Shown piece by piece: positions 27,301 through 39,848 of a DNA stretch of 64,000 bases. Both the position numbers and the translations under genes were made by a program. The stretch comes from Acanthaster planci (taxonomy: Eukaryota): assembly GCF_001949145.1 (NCBI RefSeq), contig NW_019091361.1:3621854-3685853 (forward strand). Direction: 5' to 3'. Numbering within the stretch: position 1 is the first letter of the stretch; each line of letters begins with the position of its first letter. The notes under the pieces were generated by a model. It saw nothing but the letters and a program-made list of their open reading frames with translations. It made no database searches and was not told where the DNA came from.

Positions 27301-30300
27301 AGCACTTGCTAAAAGTGGGTGGGAGGCTTGCCACCAGTCGAACAAGTGGGGGGAGGAGCGCTGGCCCCCAATCCCCCGCTTCCGCCGCCAGTACATTGTT
27401 CGTGATTCGATTGCGTGAAGGGGATATATTTTGCACAGGGAATTTCACGAAATGTCACCAAGACCCTGCCCTGACAGGTTTGCGCAGATTGTAATAATTA
27501 TTTAGACAACATTATTTTCCTGTCAGTGGTCGTCGTTTACCAAGACAGCACCTAACATTTAAAAAATCTACCCATGGCGAACATAAAATTTGCACTGTTT
27601 TACGTGTACTTTGGTCGAAAATTCTAACCCAAATCTAAGAAGCATTCAACATTTTCCCACACGGCTTTCACATAGATTACCACAGAGAGACTGAAAACGA
27701 ACTTCATACTCGAGACAGAATACCCACATGCGTCAACGGAATTGACAGATCTAGGGCCAAAAATTGTTTTGCCGTGAAATTCACGGTCTGTGTTTTATTT
27801 TTTTCGGATCTGGAAAAGATAAATTGGACTGGATATCTGTTCGAGCATACCGTCCATAACGCTAATGGTAAATTGCAGAAGGTTGCCACTAGATGTGACG
27901 GGCGTGGACATCACACGGCGCTGACCCTCGCTGATGTTTAATACCACAGGTGGTTGTGAGGAAAGGCGGTAATTGAGCAAATCGTCCATTGTCATTACCC
28001 CACCTGTTGTTTCAAGAGACGCAAAGAGAAGCACTAAACACATCATTTCTATACCCGCGACTCCAAATTCATATATGCAGCAAGGTATGAGACGGAGAGA
28101 AACCTCCCTGCTTTGTGTTGGTCATTGTCTTGCAGGAATCTGGGGAATTCCTTTCAGACATCTTGGGGGGGGGATATGTTAAGTAACAATAGTCTGGAAT
28201 GTGTATAGGGATTGGACATGTTGGGGGATACCCCTCGGTCTCATTTCTTGCAAGGTATACAAATTCAACTTCATAGCTTTACCACTACCTCTCTCTGTGT
28301 ATTCCCACTGAATTAAAAATCCACTGCCGGACTTCTGTACAATGAAAAAGGTCGTTCACGGTCAAATATAAACTTCGGTCGCTTGAATGTTTGTTATGTG
28401 AATGTTTTTAACACTTTAAACAGCCAAAAAAGATTCGCCCTATCTTCTCCAAAATGTTATGTTTTTTTCACCTTGATCTTGGATGTCCTGGACAAGTTTC
28501 CGACCCACTTCTCCACCGTGAAGGGCCGACATCCCTTCTTCAGCGATGGCACGCAGCGTCTGCACCAGACTAGCTGGAGGCGTGAAGATATCACCCGTCT
28601 TCATCAAAGATCCGTTAGGCTTTGTGTACAGTTCCCTGTAGAAATAAAATAGATTTGCATTGCCAGTGGCACTGTCTTTAAAGGAAGGTAACACGTTCCC
28701 AGGAACGTTGCCCCAACCCCTGGCGGGAGCAGCACACGGCCTTTTGCCTCTTGACGTTTGTTTTGAATCGCTCCTTGATTATGTCGAAGAGCTGACTGAC
28801 AGGGAAGCATTAACATTTGTAGAAATGTTTGGCAAAATCCACAGAGGGTTACATGATTATGCATGGAACCATCGGCTGGCTTAAACTAAGCTTGGCCTGA
28901 ACAGGTGGACGGCAGGCCTGGCACTGATAGTCACTGCTCAATTCTTCTCGGTGAGGACTGAATCGGCTGGAGGCTATCCATGACACCTCACCGTCCTCAA
29001 GAAATAAAATAAATATAACGATAAATTTTCACATCAGCACAGTTCAAATCATCTACAGTAAGCTATTGCCGGAATTATTACTAGCACCACTCCTATGTAA
29101 CCCAACCTTAGAATCGGCCAACGGTCGAAACTCTCCTCGAGAGTTTTCAGGCAGTACTCGGTGTGCCATGCGAGCGGGAAGCCGTCTTGGGCCATGTCAA
29201 TGACCGGTCTAACGAGGTCTCTCCACGGCAGCACGCCGTACTTCTGATGCGCCGTCCACAATCCGGCCAGCTCACTTGGTACAGACACGGCTCTAGCTCC
29301 TGTCACAGTGGACAGTTAATTGTCGTTAATGAAAAAAGAGAACAGGTAAGATTGCGCTCGCATGCATTAACAGCGTTTAAGCTTAAATGACAAGCGCTTC
29401 CACTATACAATGTGACAAAAATGTGTCACAATATGACACAACAGAAACACCGCCTTTTGTTTTCATATTACAAGTTCATGTACATGTACTTGAAGATCTC
29501 CTTAACATGAATTATTTTCCACCAAGAGCTCATTGATGCCTAATGCACTGCAGTGAAAATTCAAGTAAAATTACCCTGTTTGGAGGATCATGAAGAATGA
29601 ACTTGAATCTCAGAATTAACCGGAGCAGAAGGCTGGCAACCTCCTACAGTAAAGTGCCTGCGCTCTATTGCAGCAATTGCATTTTCGATAAGGGTGATTG
29701 TTTCAGAAAACAGACAACGAAAACAAGCATGTCACAGGGCTTAACTTTTTGGCAACTACGTAATAGTAATGGCGTTGGCGAACAACTTGATTATGTTAAA
29801 AACAAAGCAAAGATACCGTAATTGGCTTCATCCGTGTTATTGACGAACATGTCGAAGTGCGACGCTGCCGGTGCAGCTTCGTTAGCAGTGATGGTCTCTG
29901 CAGAGCCGTTCTTACTGTAGATGACCATGAACAGACCCCCACCGAGCCCCGAGCTCTGAGGACTGGCCACGCCCAGACAGAGGCTAGCTGTTATTGAGGC
30001 ATCCACGGCTGAGCCGCCAGCAATGAGAATATTCCTGTTGAAAAAAGTCACTTGGATCTAAAATACGTGCCAAAACCAGGTCGTTTTCAAGAGGCATCTC
30101 CAAAAACTGAACAAAAATTGGTAGAAAAAGAAATGAAATTGAAGATCGACTTTGGTCACCAAACATGTTTTGAATTACGGTGTCCAGACGAGTTCAGTTA
30201 GATTACAGTATCCTCGTCTTCCCAAAAGAGTCTTGTCTTCGAATTTTCCTACCATTTTTAACTAATAAGCCTATAAACGTAAGGTTTGAATTTTTCAATT

Positions 30301-33300
30301 TCGTCCGTTGATTGAAGCCAAGAGAGGCCGCTTCTTTCACAATCTTAAAGCTAGGGAGTTTGTATCTCGATTATGTGGGGAAAGAGGTTGAATTGAAGCA
30401 TTTAAAATCGATAAAAATGATTGGGCTTTCACAATACCTTTCGTATGTCACTTGACAGAAAAAGGATCCCCCATAAAGGGGGGGGGGGTTGGAAGGAAAG
30501 GGGGCAGCCGAATGTCTCCTCTCTGAATCCACTACTGATTTGCGACAAGATTCACTTCACACACCCCTCATGGTTCAGGAAATGCATGGCCGTGATATCG
30601 AATAACACTATACCTAAGCCCGGGCTCTCACGGTGAAATATTTAACCTTTATCCAAGCCTAACATAATGTCAATTTATAATTTCTACCTTGCCATTTCTG
30701 AACATGGACCGTAATCTGTAGCCACCGCTCCTCGTCGGTAGATCCCTGGGCTGTCCGTCGGTACAGGCGCTGTTCCATCCATTGGAGCTGTGTCATGACG
30801 TAGACCCAGTGTAAGACCCACTGCTAGGCCGACTGCAGCCAACAAGGCGATGATTATGAAAATGACGATCAAAATGGTACGCTTTCTATTGAAAAAAGGG
30901 AAAGTTTGACAAATTTTCATCTGTTAAAATTCTGCAGCTTACGAACTGAGTATTAAGACACGTAGTTATTTGAAACTGGACACAAAAACAGTAAACACCG
31001 ACAACTGTCTGCGCTCCATTATTTGCTGGCTTCATCAACAACATAACAAGCATGTCATTGCTACCAAGCTCCCAAAGCTACTCCTTCATTGCCGAAAAGT
31101 ACAGTTATAGGTATATACATGCAACGAGTTGACTTTAGCAAGAGACGATGGTAGTTGCAGGAGTTAATGCATATATAGAATCCATACGGGAATGATCAAC
31201 ACTCGGTGGATGCTTGATTTAGGTATAGCAATGTCGTAACATAAATGTTGTGCAGATCATGTTAAATTTAATGGGGTTATTATAAAAATGACAATCATTG
31301 AAAAACGTTTAAGCTCCAATGTCAAATGGTCAACATCGTTGAAAACACTGGATCTAAGATCTAAGAGCTATACCCTGATCCCTAAAATGATCGGGGTTAC
31401 ACCAGCTGGGTAAAGTTCCTAGTCTTCGTTTTGAGTGCCAAATTTATTGCTCTTATGTTCCGTGTAGAAATAATCCCTGTATTTAGTTCAATATCACTTG
31501 ATGGAATTTTCTTCATTTACTCAAATTTCTGATAATAAAAACTTTGATTTAGTTGGAAACACTCAAAATGGTTTTAACAAGTGCTCCTCTTTTTTCCTGG
31601 ATAAGTTTTGTCTGGCGGGCAGAGTCCAGTTTGTTCTCTAACTTTTCTCGCTCTGGTTATAGGAAGCTTAATTTTATTAAGTATTTTATTAAGTATTATT
31701 ATTTCACCGCCAGCGAGATGACCAAAGGGTCGCATTCCAGCCATTCGAGCGCTCAGGAGCATGTACTCGTGTTAACACGAGTAACTCGCTCGAACGCAGC
31801 CCAAGAGTCTTGATTTTTTTATATTCTGTTGGCTGAAATACGGTCACGTGGGGTTTACTAACAAAGATAATGTGGTCGGAGGCTGGATAGCGAAATTAGC
31901 TCCCAGACGTATTCGGGAACTAGTTTGTCAACGAGGAATCAGCCTTGAGAAGAAACACCCTCTCATCACTTAAAAAGGGCCATATTGATCTATATTGGGT
32001 TTGCCAGTTGGCAAGTCGTCCACAGGATATTAGACGTGCAACGGCACTGCACTCGACTTCCAATGTAGAACAGCGTGTGTTTTAGTTTATGTGAAATGAT
32101 ATCGGATTAGAAAAAAAAGTTTCATAAGATCTCTAACTACCAGCAATTGGTAAAGATGGCAAGCTATGCACGAAGTTCGCCCAACGGCCATTTATAAGAT
32201 TTGAAGCACTTGCAATTTGCAACCTGAACGCCTTACGTCGGCCCAAACGCCAGAACTTGATTTTGTAGGGCGACCCTGCAAAGTTCGTTACATGACTTGT
32301 GTGTACACAATGTGGTCATTCAACAAACAAAATCTATACCTTTGTCATCGAAGCACAGATAGCACGCCCAGTGTGCCAGCAAGCACAGTATGTGGTACAA
32401 TTGAAATTTGATTATACCGGCTAAAGTGCAAAAGTAAACCAACAGTCCAGTGGCAGTTATTAAAACGCTGTTCTCTTGCAATACACCTAATGAAGGAGGG
32501 CGTTTCCTGCCGAATGACATATTGGCCAATATCCTGTCGCGTGACGAAGGACCACCAATAGAGTCATCCGCATGGCAGAAGGTACTATTTGCTCAAATTA
32601 ATCTCTTTCGCCCACCGGCGGCCAAATTCATGGGGCACATCTTCCTTTCCCATTTTTCTGTCCACCAACCCCCCGTTTTCTCATGATCTGATTTATTCAA
32701 TTTTACAGGAACAACTTCATATTCACAGTTTTAAATTGTGTGAAATTCTTGCTTGCTGACATTGTGAGCCCCGACTCTCCACAAAACAAATAACTCACAA
32801 AACGTTTTCCTAACCACGTCGTGCCCTTGATATTTCGGTGTGTGTTTGTCGGTTTTCCTGCTAGCGGCCGCGATTTCTTTTCAAATTCAAGGCTAAAGGT
32901 TGAGGGGGATCACACAACCAATAATACATGTACATGAACTGCCAAAGCGTTATGAACAAAATGTTCATACTTGATACACTTTTATCTACGTTGAGCAGGA
33001 AAACAATAAATATTCAACAACAAATAATGAACAGTGTACCGATAACATTATGAAGTCGTTTCATGTGTAAGTATTCTCTGATCTTCCAGTTCCCACCTTA
33101 GCAGGGATCCGGGGGGTCCCAACAGGGGCTATATCCCCCCCCGGAAACCCATGAGGTTTTTATCAATCAGAGTGAAGATATTAAGTGTCTGAAATCGGGG
33201 TTGTTTTGTTTGGATACCGTGCACGATATGGGGCCAATGGGTACCCCCCAACATGTCCAATCCCTATACACACTCTAGACTACTGTTACCTAACACATCC

Positions 33301-36218
33301 CCCCTAGAAGTCTGTAAAGAATTCCTGAGATTCCGATCAACACAAAGGCGGGGAGGGGTCCCTCCGCCCATATCTTGCATCATATGTTTGTTTCGACAGA
33401 GCCATTTTGTTCAGGAAATTGTCTCTGAACAGTTGCTTCATTGCGACTGGTGCTATCACTCCCTCAATTGCAAAAGTGCATCGGGGACGCTGCTTACTTG
33501 CCCTCCCCTGGGTCTGATCAAATGATGTCTTGCTTGCCTAGTGCACTTCCATAATGTATCTTATACACATAAGTTCATGCTGATTCGTGAATAGTTTTCT
33601 GGCTGCCTGACTACCAACAACTGCTGTGACACCGATCCGCAAATGTAAGGAGGGTTAATTACCAGACACCATTGCACATGACGTACTGCACTCAATGCAT
33701 TTAATCACAAAGTGCTGAGTGCACATGACACTGCATGTATTTTCTTACATTAATTCAAGACTTTACATGCCTTCTGTATCAGACTACATATACATGTATT
33801 TTACATCTCATGGCTGTAAAATTCTGTTTACCCCAAACTGTGGTTTATACTTTGAGCTTGTGGCACAAACACCGGAACAGCAGGATTTGTATGGGCATCG
33901 TCAGGATATTTCCAGGGGCATGGCATGACCTAAAATGCATTTTTCATCTCTAAATGCTAATTCTGTTACAAAGTTTTTTACTTCAGTTTACCTGAAGACT
34001 ACCACAAATAGATACGTAATGTTTTATGTGGGTATGTACACTGAGTCGCACTGATTGTCAAGTTTTTTTGTTTTTTCGGAATTTTGACACGATATTTCTC
34101 TGTCAGATCAGGCAATTTGTCACTTTATGCTGGTCAATATTTTACAAAGGCCTTTCTGAGATAATTTTAAATAAAGCAAAGGAAAGAAAAATAATAATTA
34201 CAAATTCTAAAAACAGCTGTACACTATTGCTTGTATCCAAGGGTTCTGGAAGCAATCGACTTTCAGATTTTGTTGAAAAGAACTTTAGCGATTGTTCAGC
34301 AAATTCTTTCCCAGAATTCTCATCGCACCGAGTAACAACAGTTGTCGCACTATGTAACGATTCTCAGCGCGCTGCATAAACTTGGCGTTTAAAGAACACC
34401 ATACGTTGGCCTTTGCACTCATTGTGTTGTGCGATGTAAAATGTATGTGATCATGTACCGAATGGCTTTCTGTAGTCTCAGTCTGCAAAGTGAAGAAATT
34501 GAAGAGATTAGCCATTTTTTTAAGGGGGGCTTATTTATTGAGAGGAACTGCTAAATCATGATTTTTTAAAGAAATGTAATTAAAAAATCTAGCTGCCGTC
34601 TTCGTTTGTGTGGCCTAGTTTCATATCTGTCAAATATTGACTGAAGGAGTTAGAATACGGAAATGGATCATTTCCAAATTCTGAAATAATTTCCACCCTA
34701 TTTTGAAACTTGCGAAAATGAGTTGAGTTGTACAAGAATTGATTATAATCAACATTATGCCATAACTCTCAAATTGTGAACAATAGTTGTTCCGTATTTG
34801 TGTTTAGGTAGCCGTATTAACAAGATGACGTCACCCACACCTGTTTTCTTTTCTTCACCCAGCCAAATTAAAATTAATTATTGCATTCTGAGCACCATAC
34901 AAAAACTGCTTTTACGTCAAATGAAAGGGCGTCATCCTGTGTGGCACACAAGAAACAGTCTGTTTTTTTACATTTGAAATTTGTTAGCCAGTAGAAAAAA
35001 CTACATGCTAGACATGATCAAATTGTATTAAGTTCCAAAATAATGACGTCATCATCCGGAGAGTTATTGAAGGGACATTTTCGAGATGATTAGTTTCCTA
35101 TTTGGCTAGACTTCAGAGATGGCATCTTGCACAATAATGAGATCAGCTACATTTTTCCGATGAAACACATCAAAATGCTGTGGCGTAACCAAACAAGAAT
35201 TCGATATCGCCCGATCACCCAGCGTTTGAGCTAAATCAACCTCGTCTCATCAAGTTTTGAAACTAAAATTCCTAATGATTTGAGACCTGGGGACGCCACA
35301 ATATCGTCGCAGTGCACATATACAGTCTACAGATCAGGGTTGATATTCGTGTCAAGTTTGAAGCTTATGCATTATACCGTCTGGGAGATAATCCGCGGAG
35401 AGTTATCATCCAGAAAAAAAAAACTAGAAGAGAAAGAGGGACCACAACAAACCAACGGGTAACCGGCGGGCGGTGGCCGATCATCTGGACGCAATGGAGA
35501 GTATCTTGAAGGTGGTTGACACAAGATAAACATTGTAAACAAACGGAAAACCCCCATAAGGCAGTGATCTTTCCGAGATGGAAGCTTCTCTCTCGGAAAC
35601 CCTTCAGAGGGAAGTGGACAAATTAGAAAAAAGGTAAAGGGATGAAATGTGTCATGATTTTCCTGACTTCGGGATTCTTTCAAAAGGGTTTCCTGATTTC
35701 AGGACTTTCAAGCAATCTCCTTTAACAAAATGGGTATTTTAAAGGGTGCCGGCAGACAAACTCTAATATATACTTTCAAACCTTGGCTGCCGTGAGGCCC
35801 TCAAAACATGGTGATTCTCGGGCCATCGAGTGAACTTATAGGAACTTCAAAGGACCCTCGCGAAGAGGGAAACAGCCCACCAATGTTTGCATTGCAGCTA
35901 TGACTGGCAAGGCAGCAAGCCAAATCGCACGCATCGTGGGCCTCCCGAGGTTCAGCTGTCATTATCTTGTTCAAGTAAACTCAACAGGTGCTACTCCATG
36001 TTAGCTAGCTCCATGATTCATTACAAATTCAAGGCCTCAAGGGTGGTGTAAATACATAACATACATAATACACCACCCGCTCCAGCCCGCACATCCAAGC
36101 CTACGGAACATAATTTACAAACCGGGATATCATGACCCGAGTAATCGGTTTAACAGACAGTAATCTCTTGTGGATTGAAGTTGAAAAAAGAACTCACTTA
36201 CCTGGCCAAGCTCTCCAT
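24302..36218 (-). CDS. Gamma-glutamyl transpeptidase / glutathione hydrolase family protein (GGT-A), 11 coding exons, type II membrane anchor, divergent active site
   Basis: Manually spliced exons (minus strand): 36218-36202, 30885-30688, 30034-29817, 29299-29107, 28635-28472, 28003-27851, 26944-26808, 26403-26111, 25542-25320, 25093-24974, 24448-24302. All introns GT-AG with frame-compatible phases (2,2,1,2,1,1,0,2,0,0); no internal stops seen. Motifs: N-terminal TM helix, GAVATD..CS, GGSAVDA..SSGLGGG, AVSVPSELAGLW..HQKYG.LPW, catalytic DTSHLSV, YFGS..TG.FLN, GSSGG, C-terminal SDRRKRGYAAGY*. The 17-bp first exon (MESLAR) is the least certain part. Confidence 0.93.
24521..24680. mobile_element. 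Foldback MITE family 1, in the last intron of GGT-A
   Basis: ~70-bp imperfect inverted arms around the loop TTTCCAAACGCGCAAT. Confidence 0.8.
25634..25812 (-). mobile_element. MITE family 2 (~180-190 bp), copy 1
   Basis: Shares GAGACGGAGAG..CTTTGTGTTGGTCATTGT..GATTGGACATGT..CCCTCGGTCTCATT with 28070-28260. Confidence 0.75.
28070..28260 (-). mobile_element. MITE family 2, copy 2
   Basis: Imperfect TIR CAGCAAGGTATGAGACGGAG / CTCGGTCTCATTTCTTGC; reverse complement of 63292-63478. Confidence 0.78.
33218..33390 (+). mobile_element. MITE family 2, copy 3
   Basis: CCCCAACATGTCCAATCCCTATACACACTCTAGACTACTGTTACCTAACACATC, near-identical to the 63.3 kb copy. Confidence 0.75.
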
Positions 36219-37399
36219 GTTTTTGCGTGTCACCTCTTTTACTGTTGCTGTGACGTGCGCTCAGGCGCTCATGAAGTCACAGCATTTATTGTGTGGGCTC
36301 GCTCGTCTGGATATTGGTAAAAAAAGTACGATAAACTTGCTAGGAGTAAATATTGGACTGAGAATGGATTATGATTGCTTAGTTGCTGCGCCCGTCAGTA
36401 TGCTAAAGGAACTCTAATTAGCACCAACAAATTCAATTTATTGTACATTTTCAATAGGTCGATCGCGCTTTTTGTCACTATGGTCATTTATGCCCATGCG
36501 TGCATAATTACGAGTTTGTTTCGTGATAAGGTCCATACCTACCGTAAGCAACAAATACCATTTTTTTCCGCTGGACACAAAGGTTGGAATGATTAAGCTT
36601 TGACCAACTTAGCAAAGATACTACTGCAGTGTTGGAGGTAAGTGTACAGGTATACGAATCGCGCAGACCGATAAGCAAGAGATCGACATGTCTCTTATCT
36701 GAGAGTTAAGCATGTAGCAGGAGCCGTGAAACGGGCTACGGACTTCGGTTAACCACCGATGTCTCACCAAGGTCTGTGGGTGAATAAGCCGAACTATTGT
36801 CCTTGACTGGGTTTCGCGCAGTCCCTGGTGATAGCCATGCTTGGGCTATAGTTGAGCTCATAACCTAAAATCCAAATTTTGTCGCCCCATTTAAGGAAAT
36901 TGCCTTAATCGAATCGAGTTCACAATCCCAGAAACCAGACGTGGGCATGCAGTAAACGCCAGCCTTGGAAATATGTGTACTCTGTCTGTGTTATTATATT
37001 CTGCCATTTTCATAGCAACTTCGAGCATAGAGAAGATCATATAAAAAGCAAGTTTATGAAAGAGTTCCTCTCACGTTGATTTGAATGACTTCCCAGTGGG
37101 ATACTCAGGTCACAATACGCACTTCGCAAGTTCAGCCAGACACAGTGAGGGAGGAAATATCACGGTCAAACCCTACAAAGTAATTTTAAAAAAAATTGTA
37201 GTTGGCAACATTCTCAATGTCATGCAATTCGAAAACTCAGGAGACGGTATTGTAGATATTTAAAAAGGGCCACTTGTTGGATTTCGAGATCTGACACAAC
37301 CCCGCGCCTGCGTATCTTGACGTAAGTCTTCAATCCTCCAACTTGTACGCGATGCTCTGCGCCTTTGCAGTATATGATGCCCATGATAGTGAAAACGGG

Positions 37400-37660
37400 G
37401 TATGCAGAACATCTTCGCACCTACTTTGTCGGATCACCAGACCTGTTGTTACAGTCACTGTCGCCGGTTTACTCTTGCTGTGGAATTTATAAGGTGCAAC
37501 CACGTCTGGTCTCTCCAAGCAACAACGTCTGGCCACTCCAAGCTCAATTTGACAGTGCCCCAGCAACAAACAATTGTCTGAGTGTTCTGTGCTCCAAATG
37601 CCCATACGGTGCTCCAAACACCATCATACCCACTTGTTTATTTACCGTCGGAAATTTGTG
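37400..37660 (-). pseudogene. Possible decayed SRCR-domain exon
   Basis: YDGVWSTV..FG..TIVCCWG..TWLHLINS..EDV follows the order of SRCR motifs (Y.G.WGTVC, VVC..LG, IWLD.V.C, EDV) with stops and frameshifts. Confidence 0.25.
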
Positions 37661-37751
37661 CAGGCGTAGACTGATAACTGGTTAATACCTTGGAAGCACC
37701 ACCATGAAGGTCAGAATAACGCTTGCAGCTGTACACATACCATGCACATAC

Positions 37752-37902
37752 CAGTGGCGGGTTTAGAAGAGGGTGCCCCTCCCCTGCCTGCCCGACGACT
37801 ACAGTGTGTTACGTCGTGACTAACGGCTTTGCACTGTACGCTCGCCTATGACCCTCCACGTTACGTTAGCGCAAGGCTTCTGAAAATCCTGGTCCGCCAC
37901 TG
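37752..37902. mobile_element. Small MITE next to the left end of the Chapaev-type element
   Basis: CAGTGGCGG ... CCGCCACTG 9-bp perfect inverted ends; no TSD seen. Confidence 0.45.
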
Positions 37903-37979
37903 CATCCCCCTTTCCACTTGGTCTAGTATTACCGCGAGCGATGGATATGCAGTGCATGTATTTGAAAGATTAAAACTGG

Positions 37980-38021
37980 CACGTATGTTTCAGCGGGACA
38001 TTTAGTTTGTGCGCATGCGCA
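37980..38021 (+). repeat. Left multipartite terminal inverted repeat of the Chapaev-type element
   Basis: CACGTATGTTTCA-gcg-GGACATTTAGTTT-gt-GCGCATGCGCA. Confidence 0.78.
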
Positions 38022-39656
38022 TCTAAAGTGTTAAATGCCCGAACGAGAAAAGATGGCTGCCCACCTTTCGCGTTTTAAAGCACAGAATGAATAGGCTATT
38101 ATCAGCTTTGCTTTAACTTTATTTTTTGTCATTTTGTGACTTTTATTTACTTTAAGCCCTTAAATTATCTTTGTGAAAGATTTGGTGTATGTCACACCCC
38201 TAGAGTTGTCCTACCCTTAGGGACAGACCTTTGGTAGCTGAGACACGAATATATACACACCTGTTGCTGGAAATTTGTTTTGCCTGTACAATATTTACAT
38301 TTATTTATAAAAGAACATAAAATAAGGATTACTTCTTACATTAACATTGTTATTGATTACAATATAAATGAGGTGATGAGCGCCTCAATGTCCCGCCACC
38401 ATGTTGCTTCTGTTTCTTACGTTGTAGTCGGCTTCTGTGGCCTGTGGCTGACTCGGCAAGTTTCTGCGTCCCGCCGCCGCGGTCCAACCCTTTTGTCAAC
38501 ACCGGTCAACCGACTCCCTCTTCCTCTCAACGTAAAACCAGGAACTGGGCGTTTCCTGGCTTTCCGTTTCTCAGAACAGTCTAAATGTACATGTAGTTTA
38601 TTCTACTTGCATAATTAGAAGTCACTCATCTCAAGACTAACTCAACTCACGACTACAAGTCATCGAGGCTGGCCGCTGCCCTCTCCTCGGAATCCAGCAA
38701 TGAACTGATCACATCACCCATATCTTTTCTTTTAAACCCGAAGGAAAAATTCCTGCACTGCCACGCCTTATTCCAAAGAACTCAAAATGTTTTGTGTACT
38801 ATACCCTTCATAAATATTCATTATTCAAATTAATGCATAAGTGGCTACATCTACCGATGACAACTCAACTGGCACTCAGCCCATCATTCTGGTAAGGTTG
38901 ACTGACTTCAGGAATGTTTGGGTGTGGCGGCTCAGGAAAATAAAATCTTGTTTCACTGCTAAATACCATGTTCATCTTTTCAACAATTAGGGCCAAAATT
39001 ATACGGTATTATTAATTTAAAAGTAATTCCGATTTAACATCACTCTGTGACAGTGTGCAAAAATGAAGAATCAGTGCCTTATGTTGGGTTTGATCTGCAT
39101 CGTGTACTTCCAAAGTGCTTCATACAAATGCAAAAAATGCTTGCTTTTTGAGGGGGAAATTTGACCCTTTCTCCAATTTTCCTAGGTCTGTCATGATAAA
39201 AATACGTTTCAGAAAGATATAAACAACATTTGGAGAGAATCTCACACGAACAAGAAGTACATTAAAAGAAAGAGGTGAGCTTTTATTCACCTGTTTTTAC
39301 AGTCACAGACACCGTGTATGTACCATACGTCTGTGTACGTTAATGTAGCCTTCAAGTACATGTACATGTACTTGCACATACATGTATTCCTGTGTCAGCA
39401 TGTACAAGTACGATACCTTTCCAGTCGCCTGTTAACTATTAGCTAGGCTTTACCAGCCTGCACAGCCTGCAGATCTACTCTGTGCTTTATGGGTTGCCAA
39501 TGCCATGGTACTATCATTTATCAATGATACTATAAAGTATACGTGGTATAGGCAAACAAAAAATACGGGCAATTGTTCAAGGGGGCCTTCGTCAATGCAG
39601 TACATTGTTATGTCAAGATCCACAGTTGCACCAATAGCTCCATGGTTGCACAAGCG

Positions 39657-39848
39657 AAAAAAAATGTTGCATCCTGTCTCCACTTTTCTCATCATAAAGT
39701 CAGTCATTACAGAAATACTGGAAAGACATGAATTCTGGACTTTGAGAAACATTTACCCATGTTGTTGGGAATACGTACAAAATTCTCTTCACTCCCCATA
39801 GACTTTTTACACAACTGCTGAAGTGGAGTCAGGATGCAACGTTTTTTC
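39657..39848. mobile_element. MITE-like inverted repeat nested in the Chapaev-type element
   Basis: GTTGCATCCTGTCTCCACTT (39666-39685) vs AAGTGGAGTCAGGATGCAAC (39821-39840), 19/20 inverted match, extended by A/T runs. Confidence 0.65.

Noticed and set aside
31764..31783. Perfect 20-bp palindrome TACTCGTGTTAACACGAGTA
   Set aside because: Single occurrence, probably the centre of a small decayed foldback element; nothing supports a function.
38720..39610. Kelch/RAG2-like fragments on the plus strand (KPEGK, VWVW, VLYG)
   Set aside because: Three-to-five-residue matches in different frames with no continuous ORF; indistinguishable from chance by eye.
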